NCBI RefSeq assembly: GCF_036321535.1
Contig: NC_087438.1
Location: 3,102,001-3,166,000 of the forward strand
Direction of reading: 5' to 3'
Length of the DNA stretch: 64,000 nucleotides
From: Camelus dromedarius
Taxonomy: Eukaryota
Of the stretch, positions 23,701 through 37,524 are shown in pieces; positions within the stretch are counted from its first letter, which is position 1; each line of letters begins with the position of its first letter. The notes beneath the pieces were generated by a model. That model had not been told where the DNA came from. It ran no database searches and saw only the letters and a list, made by a program, of their open reading frames with translations. The translations under genes were made by a program, and so were the position numbers.

Positions 23701-25439
23701 ATAATGGCTAAAGAGAGAGAGAATTACCCTTTCCAAGACTCAATCTCTCTAAAACATTAAAATTACAGCAAGTGCAGCCAAAGTTAAGAGTGATTAAAGA
23801 ATAGGGGCGCACCTTGTGACTGAGTCTAAGAATTTGAAGAGCACAAAGTGCACTCAGTAAATGCTACCTGGGCTGACACTCTGCTGAGTTCCTTGTGCCT
23901 CTGAGCCTCCCCTCCTTGGCTACTACACATGTGACTAGAAAAGAACATAAGAAAGGAAGCCCACAGTTAGCGTGTGCAGACTGTGTTTAACTGAATGCAC
24001 TGTCTGTCTCTCAGACACGCTCCCTCAGTGCTGGCCTCACCAGGGCTTGATCTGCAGTGAAAGGACCCGCAGAGGTGCACCATGGATCAGAAATCAAGAA
24101 AATCTGTGGAATTTGGTAGAAACCAGAAGACCCGAATTAAGAAAGGGCAGTAGAGATAAGCCTTCCCTGTCAAGTCAGGAGAAACACAGACCCAGCACCA
24201 GACAACAGAGTTGGATCATGTCGGTTATGGCATTGTCAGGGAAAGAAAAATCCCTTTGTTTCCATATTGTTTTATATAGGAATTCAGGATTGGCACCACC
24301 ATTGGGAGAGAGGGGGAATGAAGTTCAGAATATCCATCTCAGCACTTAGAGAAGACAACGTTTAGGATCTCAGCTTGAAGTATCAAAGAGCATGGTCCAC
24401 AAGAGTGTGCTGTGGTTTTGAAGGGTCTCTAGGAAGCTCCCAGGGTCTCTCTGAAGCTGACGCTCAAGAATACAGAACCACTGTGAACCTGCCCGCACGT
24501 TGGGCAGCCGCTGCCCACAGAGGACAGTGGCATACTCTTCTCTCCCACCTTCCAGACCTCATGGAAGGGTTTCTCACTGGAAGCAAATGCTGAGAAATGT
24601 GGTCCCTGAACTGCAGAGGAGCCTTAAGAAGGGGCGGTCATTATGTGCGATCAAAAACAGAGGACTGAAGACAATCTAACATTTTGTCACCAGCATCCAT
24701 ACATCCACTTCACCCGTAATTCACTTCCAAATGTAAACAGTCACAGCCCTGAACTCTTACGTGTACAGTTGAAGACGTGCTCTCTCATTTTCCAAAAGGG
24801 AGACTCACATCCGTAGTGCCAATTTATCCACCTGCAAAAGACGCCCATTCTTGCTTTTTTTTTTCTTTTTTTTTTTTTTGTCATGATCTTCCTCTGAAAT
24901 ATACAGTGAGTATTTAGCTAGCACAAGCTAAAGGGGGTGGAATGGGGTGTGGAGGGATCTCCCTCTGGAATTACCTACGTATCTATTGACTTTTTCATTT
25001 GCTGATTGACTTGTATTTTCCTGAGTGCTACCTCCCTCGCCCCTCCCTGGGAAGGACCCTGCATTTTAGGATCTTGGAGGAGATGCGGATTTTTGCTTTT
25101 TCTCTCCTACACTTCACCCTCACTATACACAGTGTTTATGATCCACAAGCCTGGAACTCAGCTGTCCAGTTTCTCCCTAGAGTAAAACCTCGGAATCTGG
25201 AAGAGCAGCATGAGGTCAGTTGATGGGTTGACCAGGGGGGCATCAAATACTCGAAAGTTCTTCAAGTGCTCTGTCTTCATTCCACGCCCCTGTGCCAAGC
25301 CCTACTGCACCATCTGAGCTTGTGGTTGACAGACGTATTGAAAGCTCCTCTCTAGTGATTTCTGATTCCCTGTGTTCTTAAGGTGTTTTTCTGTTGTTAG
25401 TCCTTTCCTGTGATTTTATTTAAATTTTATGAAGAAGAG

Positions 25440-26075
25440 GAAGTAATTACCCAATCAGTCCATAAACAACTCAACACTATCAGATATTTGAGGGGAACCT
25501 TCACCATGAGATAGACCAACATGAGACAAAAACTGAAATGGAAGGCAACTGGGCAATGTAAAACAAACAAACAAACAAACTGAGGAAATCTAAGAACAAA
25601 GTTGATGAAAGTGGTAAAAAAAATAATGAAAATGATTAAAAAATATTATATTCATAAAAGAGAAAATACTATTTCAAGAAAAGGAAATCATTCACGAAAG
25701 TTAAAGATAAAATAGACCAAATTTAAAATACAGAGGGTTGAAGGAAAAGTCAAGGAAGTCTGTCAAAAAGTAGAATAGAAAAGAGAACAGAAATAGAAAA
25801 GAGGAAAGAAACTACAAAGGTGATCATGGAGAGAAAAAAATATATTAAAAAAAAAAAGAAAGAAAAAATTTAGCAGGTGTTATCAGAATGGAGAATGTAT
25901 CAAAAGCCGTGAACAGTGAATGAAAAGAGACTCAAACCAAAGTAGAACATGGTAACATTCTAGAACCTCAGGAATACAGAGACGGTTCCAAAAGATCCAG
26001 AAAATGTGGGTCACATACAAAATAACAAGTTAGAATGAGTCAGACATCTTAGAGGCAACAATGGATCGTAGACTT
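25440..26075 (+). mobile_element. Degenerate L1 ORF1/HAL1-like fragment
   Basis: A-rich; aatgaaaagagactcaaaccaaag...ttctagaacctcaggaatacagag...ggtcacatacaaa...agaatgagtcagacatcttagaggcaacaatgga resembles the ORF1 3' half. Confidence 0.65.
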
Positions 26076-26089
26076 TGCCCTAGTTAACA

Positions 26090-27165
26090 TTGCAAGTCTC
26101 AAACAGGTGTGCTTCAGGATTCTACACTCTCAAAATCATTGAAAATAAAGGCTTTTATTTACATAGGTTGTATATGCATTGAAATTTGTGACACTGGAAA
26201 TAAAAACTGCTAAACTGTATACTCTTTCTTCCTTGGTTCATTTAAAAACAACAATAATTAGCCCAATAAATGTAGATACATATATATAATGCAGTTTTAT
26301 GAAAAATAATTTTATTTTTAAAAAGGCAGTGACAATAGTGTCATTCATTGTTTTTAACTTGTCGCAGGTCTATTTAATGCCAAGCTTCTTGGAAGACAGC
26401 AAGGGTCCTCATATCTGCTTCTTCATTTCATCTCATGGGATGAATTATGTTGGTTCAAGTATATAAAGAAAATCTGACCTCACAGACATATGTGCCTAGA
26501 AAACAGAAATATTTTAATAACCTCCTTGTGAAATTGTGGATATTCTTCTGTGATACTACGGGCACAGAACAAGTAGTATCAGATTCCACATTAGTTTCCT
26601 GCAATGTGGTGCTTTTAAAAAAATCAATTTTTCATGCTCCGTTACATTTTAAAACCCACTGGTCGTTTGTGAATTTTGAATGAATGGATCTTTTAGCCCA
26701 TTTGTGATTCTGTAACATCCCTCATTGATCATTTGGAAAACATTGGTTCACTGAGTTTTACAGATCTTCTAATTCTTGACACGTTTCATTAAAAAATATC
26801 CCCAAAGTCACTGTTATTAATAACACCATCCATCTCATCAAAATAGTCTCTAAATATCGAGAAGCTGTCAAGCTCATGTTTGAAAACTCAAATTCTATCC
26901 TTGGCAACAAATTCTGTCAGTTGTTTTCCTTGAGGTGTCAGGCTGACTTGATTTGTTTTTGAGAAATTGTCTACAAAATGTCTACCAAAGTCTGAATAAT
27001 TATGGTTTGTCTGTCAGTTGTTGTTTCAATTAAATATGGTGCTCAGGGAAGAACACAGCTAGATCAGCATCCAGCTCAATCACAGAAGGGCTTTTCCTGG
27101 AAGCAGCTGCCACGCTTCAGTTTGCAGCAGAAACACATGGTGAGGGTTTTCCACGCCATCCCACA
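26090..27165. mobile_element. Charlie1-type hAT DNA transposon remnant
   Basis: tacactctcaaaatcattgaa, ctcatatctgcttct, gtatataaagaaaatctgacctcacagacatatg, catttggaaaacattggttcactgagtt and gagaagctgtcaagctcatg match recalled Charlie1a blocks; no intact transposase. Confidence 0.82.
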
Positions 27166-27939
27166 GGGTCCTGCAAACCAAGGATTCCCCAGTACTCTGA
27201 CCCAGAATAATGGAGTAAGGGACTCCTGCAGACATGGCTCTTCTGCCTCCACAGGCAGTGGGATGGACCTACAGGACCACAGCCCCACTCCACTCTATGT
27301 TTTCTCTCTAGAGGTTCCTGCTTAAGAGCTTCTAGATAACATTTTTACTAAAAGTATTAAGACATCTTTAGTATACACTCAGACAATGTTAACATATTTA
27401 CAAGAACTTGGTAGATGAATTTATGAGTTTAATTTTTAATATTTATGTGATCTTACTGCTTCAGATTATTTATTCTTGGGGTTTTATGTCTGTCCTGTCT
27501 GGAATTTGAAGTGCTCAGTGATTAATCTAACATAATAACTCAAAATAAAGTTTGAATATTTAAGGTCATTTGCTCAAATAAGCAATTCAATGGCTCTGAT
27601 TGTTTTAAGGGGAGTTTTAAAATGCATTTGATTTATTCAATATTCATTAAAAAACAACAAAAATTTGCTAGATTAATAAATCAAACAGAAAGATTTATAA
27701 ATTGGATTTAACTACTGAAATGAAGCTAAAGTTATAGAATTTGCATATTAATACATTGTATATTACTATAAAATCCAAATAATTGCTCTCTGGCCTCTGC
27801 ATGGACCTAAACATATACACACACATATGCACACATACACATATCTCCCAATTTAGATCACAAGCATTTAAAAGAATTAAATAATTTGGTAGAGTCTTTA
27901 AGTAATTAAAATTTTAAGAAATTAAATAAAGGAACAAAA

Positions 27940-30295
27940 ATGAAAATAAAAATATATTAAAATAACAAAATATTATAATGTTTAGAAGTAAAAATACAAT
28001 AAGCAAGATGCATAATCTGATAGATGAGCTAACAACTGATATTTTCTTTAAAGAAGAGAGAATTAATAAAGTGGAAGATAGAATGAAGGAAATTACCAGG
28101 ATAGAGTAAAGAGATTGAAAGATGGAAAATTGAATGAGAAACTAGTAGAATAAGGGAGAATAATATGAAAAGGTGCAGCTCAGATAGGAAATGGAGAAAA
28201 CAGAGGATACAGGAAGGCAATACCCACAGAGCACTGGTGAAACGTCTGCAGAACTGAGCGTAGACAGTAAGCAAAATCTGTCACAGGGAGAGTGGATCAG
28301 ATTAAATCCACTCCCAGACACGACTCAGTGAGACAGCTGAATTCCATAAACAAGGGAGCCTAAAATCATCTAAATTAAAGAGAGTCTTTCTATACAGGAA
28401 GTAGACTTAGAATTATAATCTTAAAGCAACTAAATCATCCAGAAAAATAAAAAGAATAAACCCAACATATATAAATACATAGAAAAGAAAATAGAGAGGA
28501 AAAATTTTAAGTAAAAAAATTAAAGAATTAATAAAACTCAATCCTGATTTTTTTAAAAAAGTTAAATAAACGGCCTTTGCCAAAATGTATCAAGAAAATA
28601 GGAAAGATAAAAATAAAACAATAATAAATCTAAAAGTTGTGACATATCAAATGATACAAGCACATGTAAAAATTATGAGACACTTCAAACTCTTCTATGA
28701 TGGCCAATTTGAAAGCTTAAATATGCAACTTCTGTAAAAATATAATTTATGAAAATTAAGTCAAAAAATGCCATAAAACTTGAATAAACTGGAAACTATT
28801 AAATGTATCAAACCATTAGTAAACTTCTCTCCACTTCCTCAAAATGAAAAAGATAGAGATAAGTTTTATAAATGAGTTTTACCAAAATATCAAGGAATGC
28901 ATTATCTCTGTGTGAAATACTCTTTCAGAGGACAAGATAAGGAGAGCTTCCTAACTCATTTACAAGGTTGATACAGCACAGAATATTCCGGGAAAATATC
29001 AAAGGAAAACTTCTAGAACAATCTCACCTGTCGCCACAGACGCAAGAGCACTGAATGGAACAGCAGCAAGTCCCTCGATGCACAGAAATCATGCATCACT
29101 CCTAATTAGCGCTGCGAACATCGGCAAGAATTAACAGAAGTTACTGAATGAAGATTAAGTAAGAAAAAGCATATTATCCAAGTCATTTCAAAATACTGTT
29201 TGCTACAGATCAACCAACTTACAATCCTCATACAGAATTATCTGATAATTTAAATTTGGACTAGAACAGATTTTTCTTAACATTGTAAAATATTTCTCTC
29301 ATAAAACTACAATATAAATCCAACAGTGTAAGCCCATATCAAAAGCATTCCTTTTGATGTCAGGAAGCCAGTTATAACTGGTTCTATTCTACATTGTGAT
29401 GGGTGTCCTAGCCAAGCAGAAAGTCAAGAAATAGTTTATAAGAAATATAAAGGAAGAGAACCAGCTGTCCGTATATACACATATAGTATACGCATATACA
29501 AACAGCAATAAAATATATGTGAATAGTATTGTTGTGCAAAGGTAGTGACTGTGACATGTAACAGAAGAAAGCAAGATGTCATTTACAGTAGAAATAAAAA
29601 CTAGTGGGCTACCTAGGAAAATGCCCAACAAAGTATGTTTATGAAGGACATAAAGAAGAGCCAAATAAAATAAAAACTCTACCATGCTTATTTACAGAAA
29701 GGAAAGGTGTTCGTTCTTTCCTAATTAATCTATAAATGCAGTACATTTCTAATCCATAAATTTCACACAATTTGATAAAATTACATGGAAATAGACAAAT
29801 TGATCATTATAGTCCAATGGAAAATTAAAGCAACAAAGTAAGCTGAGAGAATGGAAGCAATATTTCCATGCAATCAGAATTCAAGAGTAAAATTACAGTA
29901 TTCAAAATAGTATGTTTGTGTATGGACATAGAAATCAGTTTGTTACAAAGTAGAGATGCTTGGAAGTGCATTACAAATGAACGTTTTGAATATGAAAAGA
30001 TGAAATAAAAATGAGTGAGAAGAGTGGAATAATAAAAACACTCTGACTCTGTCCATATGTGAAGATAAAATTGATCCAAATTATAAATAAATCCCAGAGA
30101 GATTAAAAATGTAATTAAAATGCAATAGTACAAAGCTTGCAGGAGACAACACGGAACACATCTAACACCAGTATAGGGAGGCACTTCTAAGCAGGTCTTG
30201 AAAGACCAACACTATACCTGCAAATCAATTGTATCTTTTGAGACTACAACAACATTAAAAATTCTTTGTTACAAAAGATAATAATAATATAACAA
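27940..30295 (+). mobile_element. Old degenerate L1 (ORF1 and ORF2 remnants)
   Basis: A-rich plus strand with ORF2-like blocks (tgagttttaccaaaatatcaagg, cttcctaactcatttacaagg, aaaagcattcc, gtattcaaaatagtatg...catagaaat); full of stops. Confidence 0.75.
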
Positions 30296-30304
30296 ACATT
30301 TAGT

Positions 30305-30635
30305 GCTTTTATTTTTATTTTTAATATGTTTTTATTGAAGTATAGTCCGTTTACAATGTTGTGTCAACTTCTGGTGTACAGCACAATGCTTCAGCCATAC
30401 ATATACATACATATATTCATTTTCATACTCTTTTCCACCATAAGTTACTACAAGATATTGAATACAGTTCCCTGTGCTGTACAGTATGAACTTGTTGTCT
30501 GTCTATTTTAGATATAGTAGTTAGTATCTGGAAACCTCGAATTCCCAGTTTATCTCTTCCCACCCCCTGTAACCATAAGTTTGTTTTCTATGTCTGTGAG
30601 TCTGTTTTGTAAATAAGTTTGTGTCTGGTTTTGTT
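30305..30635 (-). mobile_element. Younger 5'-truncated L1 3' end nested in the old L1
   Basis: T-rich tail then tttattgaagtatagtccgtttacaatgttgtgtcaa...ttccctgtgctgtacagt...taaccataagtttgttttctatgtctgtgagtctg; close to the copies at 40895 and 58303. Confidence 0.9.
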
Positions 30636-30649
30636 CTTATCACTGTATA

Positions 30650-31300
30650 TATTAACCCATACATACCTATGCTGCTGGTAGGAATGTAAAATGTTACAGT
30701 AACTTTGGAAAAGAGTTTGGGTTCCTTCAAAAGTTAAACACACTCCTCCCGTGTGATCTAGCCATCCTATTCCTGGTTATTTACCTTGCAGATATGGACA
30801 AATGTGTCCCCCAAAACACACACACACTGATGCTTTTAACAACGTTCTCAGTACTACACAGTAAGTAAAACAACTCAAATGTTCATCAAGAGGTGACTGG
30901 ATAAACGATGGTATATCCATACCATGGAACACTATGGAGGAATAAAAAACAATGAACTGTTTATACAGGCTACAACACGATGGTTATCAAAATAATTATT
31001 CTGAGCAAAAACAGCCAGAGGATGAAATAAGTATTGTATGATTCATAGTCTATGAATTTGTAGAATATGCAAATCATTTCTAGTGATAGGAAACAGATGA
31101 GCAGTTGATTGAGGCAGAGGGACCACAGGAGGGGAGGGGTTCTGGTGAAACTTTTGGGGATGGATGGTAAGTTTATTATCTTGACTGTGGTGATGGTTTC
31201 ATGGGTAAGAATTTGTATGTCAAACTTTTAAAATTGAACTCTTTAGATGTGTGCAGCCAATTTGATGTCAAATATACCTCAATTAAGCTGTTTTTATTGA
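30650..31300 (+). mobile_element. 3' end of the old L1 (L1MB/ME-type)
   Basis: gctggtaggaatgtaaaatgttacagtaactttggaaaagagtttgg...tatcttgactgtggtgatggtttcatggg...tatacctcaattaagctg. Confidence 0.85.
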
Positions 31301-31593
31301 AGTCCTTTAAGACTGTCTCATCAACGAGCTCACTGTCCATTTCAGCCTCCATATTTAAATATAAATAAATATATGCACACACAGTTCCCTGCAGCATGCG
31401 AGTCTGCTGGACGCTGCTGAAGCCATGTTTTCTACTCGACTGCGCTCTTTCTTTTCTGCTGGTCTAAGGAAACCCGCCACGGAGGAGTCTCCACGGGCAC
31501 AGCAGACACCGATGTGAAGACGAAAGTCGAGTCTCGGGCGCCTGCACGTTGCATGTGGGTGAGTCTCAGAGTCACGTGCTGATGACACACAAC

Positions 31594-31596
<3 letters not shown>

Positions 31597-31628
<32 letters not shown>
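31597..31628. repeat. (GT)n microsatellite
   Basis: Directly visible. Confidence 0.97.
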
Positions 31629-31629
<1 letters not shown>

Positions 31630-32497
31630 CATTCGGTTAACAAAGGGAGGATGCTGGCAATAGTGCAGTAACTGCAACCTCCAAAGGAAACCCAGGGCGG
31701 GCAGCGTCGCTCAGAGTCGCTGTGTGGTTACGAAGCGAGTCTATTTCAGAAATACGCTCTGCCGAAAAGACAGGAAGTGCTGCTGCGGAGGGTGTTTGTC
31801 TCGTCACTTAAGAGTCTTTAAAAACCAACCCTCTGCATATTTTTATGAATGTTTCTAACTTGGAAACGAGCGTGGCACCTCTCTTCTTAGTCAGGGCGGG
31901 AGGGAACATCTGACACGGGACCCCAGACCCCCGCCCTCTTCCCAGCCCTCAGCAGTAGCACTGCGGCTTCGGGACGCTCCTGCCTCTAAACGCAAGCTCC
32001 CTCTGGGCTCTGGGCGCCTCACTGCTTCTCCGCATCGTGGGACGTCCGAGCAGCCCTGTTCCGGTTGGACAGGACAGGCACTGAGACCCAAGGGGAAGGG
32101 AAGTACTCCCGCCCGTGAGCGTTTCCACCCCTCTGCCCGACGCTCCAGATGTGGAGATGAGGGTCGTGGCAGACGGTTCAGGACGGAGCCGCTTCGACTT
32201 TGCGGGTTCAGTGTTCTCACGTTTGAAACGTGGCTGTTTGCGCTACAGCATAGCTGCAGGCCCAAGTGAGATCTCACGTGTCCGGGGAAACGTTCTGCCC
32301 AGCACCCAGGGAATCTCTGGCTCTCCAGAAGTGTCAGTGGCCTGCTCAAGAATCAGCCTTACCATCTGTCAGATCAGAAGGCATTCATTTAGCAGTAATT
32401 AAGAGGAAAAGCTGATTTTTATCAGCTGCCGTTTAAGGAAGATCTGATTCACACACATTCACAGAACCTGCTGGCTGATGGTGCAAACCTTGTCTTA

Positions 32498-32516
32498 TAC
32501 TGCCCCCCACTGGCCG
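32498..32516 (-). promoter_or_regulatory. Candidate CTCF site
   Basis: Minus strand CGGCCAGTGGGGGGCAGTA versus the CTCF core CCASYAGRKGGCRS (one core mismatch); motif match only. Confidence 0.45.
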
Positions 32517-32784
32517 ATTCTGGGAGCTGTCTGAAGACCAGCCATCTCCACCACATTCACTCCCACAATGGTGAGTGTGAAATGCATGCATCTCACAGAG
32601 GAGAAGACGTCTCCTAAAGACTTAATGGTTCTTAAAGTCTTTGGCCAGGAGCCACGTTAGATTTATAGCGGTAAAACAGGCAAAAGAAGGAACTGAAGTG
32701 TTCTCTGTGTTTATGCATGTGCTATTCTCAGCTGCATTTCAGAAGGTTTTAAATTAAACCCCCGAGTAGTGATGAGCTAATCAG

Positions 32785-32948
32785 TTTTTTTTTTTTAATT
32801 GAAGTGTAGTCGATTTACAATGTTAGTTGCAGGTGTACAGCAAAGAGATTCCATTATACATATACATACACATTTTTTCAGATTCTCTTCCATTTTATGT
32901 TATTACAAGAAATTGAATATATTTCCCCGTGCTCTACAGTAGGTCCCT
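32785..32948 (-). mobile_element. Very short 5'-truncated L1 3' end
   Basis: Poly-T then aattgaagtgtagtcgatttacaatgttag...ccccgtgctctacagtaggtccct; imperfect TSD-like flanks ctaatcagtttttt / ctaaccaggtgttttt. Confidence 0.88.
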
Positions 32949-33534
32949 AACCAGGTGTTTTAATTCTATGCATCAAGAAAAGTAAAGACAAATCACTGTG
33001 TTTCAAGGAAGCAGCAAATCACAGGAGTATTTGCGTTAGTGTTTCTGCAGTCGCTGTGGGTAAAATAAGCAGCGAGGAACCCGCATTGGAAATTTTCATT
33101 TTACTAAGTTAGTTCCACTTTCTCCATTGAAATACAGGAATATCATGCCACTCAAAGGAGAATTAAGGAAAAAAGAGAGAAACACTGAGAAAAACCTTTC
33201 AAATATTCTGAAACACCTAATAAAACCAAAGAAATTGCTCTCTAATAGGCCATGGAAAATGTTGCAATTATTACGCAGTGAACCACATAAATTCTTTCAA
33301 GTTACATTTTAACTGTAGAGTTTCATTTCCATTCCTTTTCAATATGGAAGGAAAACAATCCCAGTATAATGCTTAGTTTAAATTGAAGGAGAAAAAAATG
33401 TTTTCCTTGATTCAGCTGCCTCGTATGACTGCTTTGGTGAAAGGGTCTAGCTTAAACATAGCCTTCCTGTGCCTCGTCTTAAACTAGAAGTTTGGAAAAC
33501 CCTAAACCTGGTTTCTATATTTTGTATTTAAGAA

Positions 33535-33655
33535 AACTGCAGCTCAGAGAAGCTACATGTGGTCTCCAGTCAGATTATACAGCGGGTTAGTGATAGGACT
33601 GGAGGAAAAGATGGCATCTCTTGAACTTAATTGAGTGGTCTTCCCCCTTCACTGA
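33535..33655 (-). mobile_element. MIR fragment
   Basis: gaaaactgcagctcagagaagct...acagcgggttagtgataggactgga. Confidence 0.55.
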
Positions 33656-34443
33656 AAATGAATATTTATGGAATAAAGTGCATGAGCGTACTGTCATTTA
33701 TACTAAAAGCAAAGCACATACTTTATAATAATTTTTGGAGAAAATCGACCCTCTGTTACAGTGAAAAGCAAACAAAATAATTTGGGTATGAAATTTAACT
33801 CTAGATTTATACTGTTTCTTCTCTTTTCATCAGCATACAAATGATATTTTTCTAAAATCTTTGATAAAACTTACAGACTTCTTGTCTCTGTCTGGTAGAT
33901 CTCAAAGTCCTGGCATTTATGGGTTTAGCACTGTGTCCACAAAAGGAATGACAAGAAACCATAAGAAAGGCAGAGTCGGGTACAGCGGGATGAATCGGGA
34001 ACCGATTCTTGTCTTCATGATAACACCAATATCTGTTTATTATATATTTTTTCAGTAGGCAAAAATATTTTAAAGCATAAAATACATAATAAAAGCAATC
34101 TGTAATTCTGCACCCAAGCAAACCGTAATTACGATTTTGGAATCCTTCCCTGAGTCACTCTCTCTCTCTCTCTAGTGTTCAGATTACTGTTCTAATAGTA
34201 AAGGAGATAAGCTCATGGTGACCACATCTGAGAACTCCCTTATCTCAGAGTCTTTCCTGTCTTAATAAGGAACCCTCAAAAGCAAACAGACACGATTTCC
34301 AAACAAACAGGGGCTGTGAGCTGGGACAGTCCACACGTTCCTTGGCCGGGCACAGCCTGTGGATTCCAAGGGCCCCGGATTCCCAGGGTCTCTTCACGTG
34401 GAATCAGTAATCCCAGGAGCAAGACAGCGCTTTCGCTGGGAAC

Positions 34444-34444
<1 letters not shown>

Positions 34445-34474
<30 letters not shown>
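34445..34474. repeat. (GT)n microsatellite
   Basis: Directly visible. Confidence 0.97.
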
Positions 34475-34476
<2 letters not shown>

Positions 34477-34549
34477 GGGTGGGCTCAGGTCCCTGCAGTC
34501 AGTCAATATTTATTTACTGGAGTCTTCCACAACAGACCTTCTCTTTTAC

Positions 34550-36260
34550 TTTTAGTTTACATCTTATTTTATTTAAAAACTGAACCTGTTAATCCTCGAT
34601 CTATTTTTTTCTGCAAATATTGACATTGACTTTTTTTGATTATGATTTTTTTTTGAGGTTCAGAAGCTTAAAAGTGCATAGACAAATCTATCAAAATATT
34701 TTCACTTTTTTTTTTTTTTGCGATTTTGCTTTCAGGATTAGCAATTTCCTCCTGACACTGGTATCCATATATATTCATTCCTGTGGACTTTGTGGCTCAT
34801 TAGCAGTTTTATTAAACCTATATTATAGCTGAAATTGTTTGAAGTATTATAAAAGCTAAATCATCTAAATTTATTTTTTCTAAGAAGTTAGCCTGTTTTG
34901 CCATGCAATTTGTTAGAAAACCAATAAATAAATATAAAAATCAATGTAAAGGTGTTAAATAGATAAGAAAATATGCATTTTTGTTTTGTTTCATGAATTT
35001 CTTCTGCTTCATGCTGTCATTTCTTACATCAGCTGCATATTGTCTGATAACTACTGTAATACCAGCTTTGATTATAATTTTTAAAATGCTTTTTATTGTT
35101 TAACAGATGACTTGTATAATCACATTTGAATGGACACCAATAAAAAGAGTGTTTAAGTTTAAAAATTAATGAATTGGTTTTATCTGTAAAACATTCTGAG
35201 GCACAGTTTTTAACATTTTATACTATGTCATGTCTTTTTATTTAATCTATACCTAACCTTCAGAAAAAGATTTTAAATTTTCTTCATGTGGATCCTATTG
35301 GCTTTTGGTTAAATGCATTTACAGATATTTTATACTTTCTATCATAAATTTGATTTTGACCACTGTTATATTTGTATAAATGGTAGCATCCAGTATTAAA
35401 GAATACTCTTAATTGTGTGTATTTTATATAATAGAACATCTGGTTGAATTTTACATTATTTTAAATTACGTATAATCACTTTTTGCGAGTTTTTCAGTTA
35501 GAATCTCCGAGTACCTGCAAGAATTCACATGTAATTTTCATCTTTATGAGAGTTATCTTCCATTTGTTTTTCTCATTTTGTATGAGTATCTAAAAAACTA
35601 GACAAATTATAAAAGATACAGAGGAGAGTCTACATTCTTTCTTTTTTAATTTTAATAGAAATAACTGAATTCTAAACTCTAACTGAATTCTTAAGTAAGC
35701 TGTTGGGTCTTCGCATAAATAGAAATAATTTAGAATGTTAAGGAACCGTCCACTTTCAGTTTCCGAAGTGATTTTCATCTGCTTGACTTTGCTTTTTTAA
35801 TCATGCAGGTATATTGCATGTGACCAAATGCCTTTTTGAGCTGTATTGAAATAATCATATACGGTATGTGGGTCACGTTAGATGGGGTTCCAAATATTCA
35901 CTGTCTTACGTGACTGGTCCTACATCTGCAGTGCCAGGGCATCCTTTATATATATATATCTATATCTGTTTTAATCCATCGGCTTTACCTACAGGTGTTT
36001 TAGTTGGGTATTTTATATCCATATCTGCAAATCTGTTATTATTTATATTTTACTTCACTTCTTCCCCAGCTGGAATTATTAAATTCACCCTTTGATTTTC
36101 TTTAGATGTATCTCATAACTTGATACATTCTTTAGAAGAAATTCTTAGCATAGTTTATTTAATTCTTTGTTTGTTTGTTTTATTACGAAATCAGTAGAAA
36201 ATTTTAAATTTGCCTCTGAATACTCTATTAACCACATCTTGCATGGATTTTTCAGGAGAA
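34550..36260 (-). mobile_element. Highly decayed antisense L1 ORF2 fragments
   Basis: T-rich strand with L1-like blocks (ccaaatgcctttttgagctgtattgaaataatcatat; tttgcctctgaatactctattaaccacatc). Confidence 0.6.
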
Positions 36261-36574
36261 ACCCGATTTTCCTGTTTTAAACAGATGTTATACAAATTTT
36301 AGAAAATAGATGATTCAAGGGATTCCAACCTTTGTTTTACAAAAGAGTCCCAGAAAGTACAGCACTTGCCTTGTGGTCTCCACTGCTGCGTAACTGACTT
36401 GGTGACTTGCACACAGTGTGACGTGCTGGGGGTTGGCCGAGCTTGCTAGGCAGCGTTCTGCTTCCTGTGATTCTGGCTGGAGTTAGTCACTGAGAAAACG
36501 TTTACCGCTGTCTTGTATGTGTCCACTCTTGACCAGTCTACACTACCATTTCTCATGAGGACTTTTCACATGAG

Positions 36575-36985
36575 GTCAGGAACTATGCACACAAATGTTC
36601 ATAGCACATATGTAATAGCAACAATGAGAAACAATTAGAATCCCCAGTTAAGGAGAGTGGATAATAGTGTTTTCCCATGATGAAAAATTAAATAACAGTG
36701 TAGGTGAATGAACCACAAAAACGCGCCAAAATATGTATGAATTTTAATGTAATTTGAAAAGCAAATCCCAGAGCATAATATCTAATATATATTTCTATTA
36801 AGCCCAAAAATGAAGCATAGCGATAAAAACTATTTTTTTTAGCAAGGGGATGATGGATATAATAATCAGGATGGAGGTTAACCGGATGGGTCGAGGATGA
36901 ATTAGGAACACCTCGGCAGCTGTATATTACTGGTGATGGGCTAGTAGTCGAGCTGAGCAGTGGGCTCATTATATTAATAAATCAA
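36575..36985 (+). mobile_element. Old L1 3' end (L1ME-type)
   Basis: acaaatgttcatagcac...gtaatagcaac...gagagtggataa...atgtatgaattttaatgtaatttgaaaagcaaatcccaga. Confidence 0.7.
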
Positions 36986-37039
36986 TTGATTACTTAATTA
37001 AATTCAAAGAGAGTCATGAATCATGGGCTCAGGGTGATA

Positions 37040-37435
37040 TTGTGTCACTGCCTTGGACATCTGGCAAGCCTCCCCTCACATACTCTCCACCAAACTTTGT
37101 ACTGCAACAGTCGACACTAATCTTCCATGTCCCACAGTTGCATCGTGACTGTCCCTCTGCTCGACTTCTCTGCCTTCTGGCCCACGCAGACCTGGAAGGA
37201 CTCAGGGGTCAGAACCTTGTGGAGCACCTGGACCCAACCTGGGGGGAGGGATGGACAGACAGCTTGCTTCTGCATCTCACATGGCTCTCTGTGCCCAGGT
37301 GGGAACTGCATTCTGCTTCCTTGCGGTGGCCAGCAGCTCATGAGCACACCCTTGATTTAACCTCCCTTGCCTCGCAGTTTCTCACTTCTCAGTCCTCCAG
37401 CACACAAGTTCTTTTCAGCTCTGCTTGCAGAAGAA
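37040..37435. mobile_element. Probable ERVL solo LTR (LTR16-like)
   Basis: GC-richer island with gtcagaaccttgtggagcacctggacccaa, gtgcccaggtgggaactg and ctctgctt; recalled similarity only. Confidence 0.45.
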
Positions 37436-37524
37436 AAATAGGATAAGACAGTTAAAATTCAAAATTATGACTAGTCTAATCGCTCACGTTTAAGGGATGC
37501 ATTTTTTCCTAAACTTCCCTCATA

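Noticed and set aside
24200..24800. Possible old LTR remnant
   Set aside because: Similarity too vague to assign a family or boundaries.
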